The notes beneath the pieces were generated by a model that was not told the origin of the DNA, made no database searches, and saw only the letters and a list, made by a program, of their open reading frames with translations. Below are positions 61,544 through 64,000 of a stretch of 64,000 nucleotides of DNA, in pieces. The stretch's first letter is position 1, and every line of letters starts with the position of its first letter. Made by a program: the position numbers and the translations under genes. Origin of the DNA: Azolla caroliniana (lineage: Eukaryota > Plantae > Polypodiophyta); the NCBI GenBank assembly GCA_043228905.1, contig JBHGNT010000016.1:15438001-15502000 (forward strand), given 5' to 3'.

Positions 61544-62100
61544 TGTTAGGATCGTGACTAGCCACAACCAATTGCTTGTATATGTATGTTCGAGTGCAAA
61601 AATCAAGTAAGATAGTGCACAAACAGAAAGCAGAAAACAAGACTCAAAGGGACACAAGTATTTAACGTGGAAAACCTGAAAGGGAAAAACCACGTGGAGT
61701 CCACAAACTCCAAAATACAATCACTATATTTGGGAGGAGTACAACTAGAAGCTTGAAGGCAACAACCTTAAGCTCTCTTTCGTTAGTTAGACGACTTTAG
61801 AGGTACTCAGACACTAACTCTCTCTCTCTCTCTTTCTCTCAGTTACTGAGGCAACTACACATTGTAAGTATACAACAATAATGACTCACACTACACCATA
61901 AAGTTTGCCCTAGTTGTATCTATACCAATACAACTTTCTAGGCTATTTATAGATATAGCCCACAAGGGGCACATTAAGACTATTTACAAATATAGTCTCC
62001 CGAATCGATTAATAGTTGGTTTTTCGGTTTTCAATTTCATTGATTCCATCTGATTTGGTTGATTCTCTTCTTCCCATCCGAAGGGACTTGTTTCCCAACA
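61544..62100 (-). mobile_element. Solo LTR (557 bp) in Copia H; same family as 16074-16925
   Basis: TGTTAGGA...TCCCAACA; TSD TTTTA/TTTGA; host frame YMSN|PRQKH restored on removal; shared GTGGAAAACC..AGGGAAAAACCACG motif. Confidence 0.85.
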
Positions 62101-62862
62101 TTTGACATGTAGCGGTTGGTGACCCCTACAACATATGCAAGGTCTGGTTAGGTTGTCACCACGGGACTCCCTACGACCGATGCGTAGGGAATTCGGTTCA
62201 TGAGCGTTTTCTACTCCTTTGTGGACAGAGAGTCTATGTCCGATAGTCGATGCTACGTTGGGGACAATGTTGGTACCGGCTTCACATGCTCCATGTTGAA
62301 GCGCTTCAACAACTTCCGAATATCTATCGGATTAGGAGAGCCATAGGATCTTCTTCATCTAATTTCACTCAATCCACATGCCCAATATATGGAGGGCTTC
62401 TCCAAGTTACATCATTTAGAATTTCTCAGGAAGACTTCCCTTTAGGCTTTCCGATCTCTACACCTTCCGAATATCTATCGGATTGGGAGAGCTAGAGGAT
62501 CTTTGTCTGATTTCACTCAATCCAATCCACATGCCCAATATATGTCGGGCTTCTCCAAGTTCCTTCATTCAGAATTTCTCATGAAGAATTTGCTTTAGCT
62601 TTCCAATATCTGCTTTATCGTTGCCGGCTATAAGCATGTCATCGACTTAAGGGATCATGTAGATCCGGGACTCGTCCGCCAATTGCCAAATGTAAATGCA
62701 TGGATGGACTCGGAGCGGTTGTATCCAAGATGCTAGATGTAGGTATCAAATTTGTGATACCACATTCTTGGTGCTTGCTTGAAGCTGTAAAGGTTCTTCT
62801 TTTGCCAACATATGAGGTGACCTTTCTCCCCCATCACCGTAAAGCCTACTGGTTGGGGCATG

Positions 62863-63045
62863 TGTTACTCCCCTCTAGAGGAACACACTCGCGGTTACCA
62901 CATCGAGTAATCGGATCAAGGTATTGTGGTAGGACGGAGGGGAAGTGCTTTGGGTTGCCTCTCTAACTCTGCTCTTAGCGGGAACACGAAGTGGATTGAC
63001 CCCACCCCAGGGTCACCGGAGGTATCGTACCCTAAGGTTCCCTTG
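62863..63045. mobile_element. Start of another insertion (LTR-like, TGTTACTC...) in Copia H RT
   Basis: Copia RT homology (MPQPVGF on minus) stops abruptly at ~62862; other end not seen. Confidence 0.45.
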
Positions 63046-63352
63046 TGACAGGAACTACACGCTCCGATGAACAACGCTCGGCCACAACCGAGCTTAGAAT
63101 CAAACACAGAAAACGGGAAATAAAAAAACACGACACAAAGGAGAGAAGAGTACACAGGATGTTTAATGTGGAAAACCCTGAGAGGGAAAAACCACGGGAG
63201 TCCACAGACTCCAAACTATCACTATATCACAATGATTACAACAGTGAGCTCACGGAGGCAACGACCTCGTGCTCACGATCTTCGCCACAAGCGGCGGTTA
63301 CAACAGAGGCAACGACCTCTTCCTCTCTCTCTCAACTTACCCCTCGCGGTCC

Positions 63353-63397
<45 letters not shown>

Positions 63398-64000
63398 TGT
63401 AACGGCTCTCTCTGCCATTGATGTCGATGCCGTCGCCGTCATCTGCAGCCGCTGTCTGCCGCCGTCGGCTCTCTCTCTCTCTCGCTTCCTCGTCTCTGTG
63501 TAACGGCTCTCTCTGCCGTTGTTGTCGCCGTTTAGTGTCGTCGTCGTCGCCGTCGCCGTCGTCTGCAGCCGCTGCCTGTTGCCGACTGTTGTTGTCGTCG
63601 TCCGACGACTACCGCTGTCTGCGGCCATCGCCGTCTGCTACCGTCTGCAGCCGTCTGCCGTTGTTTGACGACTGCCGCCGTCACCGTTGCCGTTGCAGGG
63701 TGTTTCTTCTCCGTTTTCTCTTGACGTTGTGAAGTGCCATTTTCTTGACGAGTTCGTGGGTGGGTTCTTTTGGTGTGCTCATCGCGTGCTACAAAATGCC
63801 GATGTGATTGCGACATACACACAAACGCGGCTAAGTCTCGAACCCATTTATTTTACCTTTTTTTCTTATTGACGCCACAATGACGTCTAAACGAACTAAG
63901 GAACATAAGGATATACAAGACGAGGCTATAAGTAAGGAGGACTTTTTAGATATGTTTAATCGTTTAACAAAAATAGAGATGGATATGAAAAAATGGGTGA
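63046..64000 (-). mobile_element. LTR of the 16074/61544 family with (CT)n and GC-rich trinucleotide tracts; far end not found in window
   Basis: 63046-63340 closely matches the reverse complement of 16650-16925. Confidence 0.7.

Larger units (their letters stand above)
59772..62862 (-). mobile_element. Ty1/Copia element H (3' LTR 59772-60597 + RNase H/RT remnants), continuing off the right side
   Basis: LTR TGTTACA...CCCAACA followed by PPT complement AACTCCCCC; RKSTSGYVF, STTEVEYIAA and YHHIRE motifs on minus; ~150-bp internal tandem duplication at ~62310-62610; far end not in window. Confidence 0.8.

Noticed and set aside
63356-63822. Arg/Ser/Thr-rich ORFs near the right edge
   Set aside because: Low-complexity GTC/GCC and CT repeats inside an LTR-like sequence.

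Overview
Eukaryotic, land-plant-type DNA; the PPR relic and TE repertoire suggest a non-seed plant such as a fern (inference). The only clear host gene is the last coding exon of a class II DAHP synthase (1-115). The rest is mostly transposable elements, many with exact ends and target-site duplications (TSDs). These include an apparently intact hAT element (2880-6595), a Tc1/mariner-type MITE (7688-8669) and a decayed L1-type LINE (~10.7-17.5 kb). A 40-kb nest fills 18571-58931: LINE2 > Copia A > [Copia B > (solo LTR; chromovirus C > Copia D; 8.8-kb TIR transposon)], plus a second solo LTR and chromovirus G inside A. A further Copia with its own insertions runs off the right edge. The stand-out is the 8,770-bp DNA transposon at 34022-42791, with GGG...CCC 25-bp TIRs, a 4-bp TSD and a truncated Sola2-like transposase exon. 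It carries an intact five-exon RING-finger cargo gene and a frame-compatible alternative last exon encoding an FCP1/NIF-like (probably pseudo-)phosphatase. One intron is a 2.2-kb array of the element's own subterminal palindrome TAGCTAATTAGCTA. All identities and divergences are read by eye; no database searches were run.
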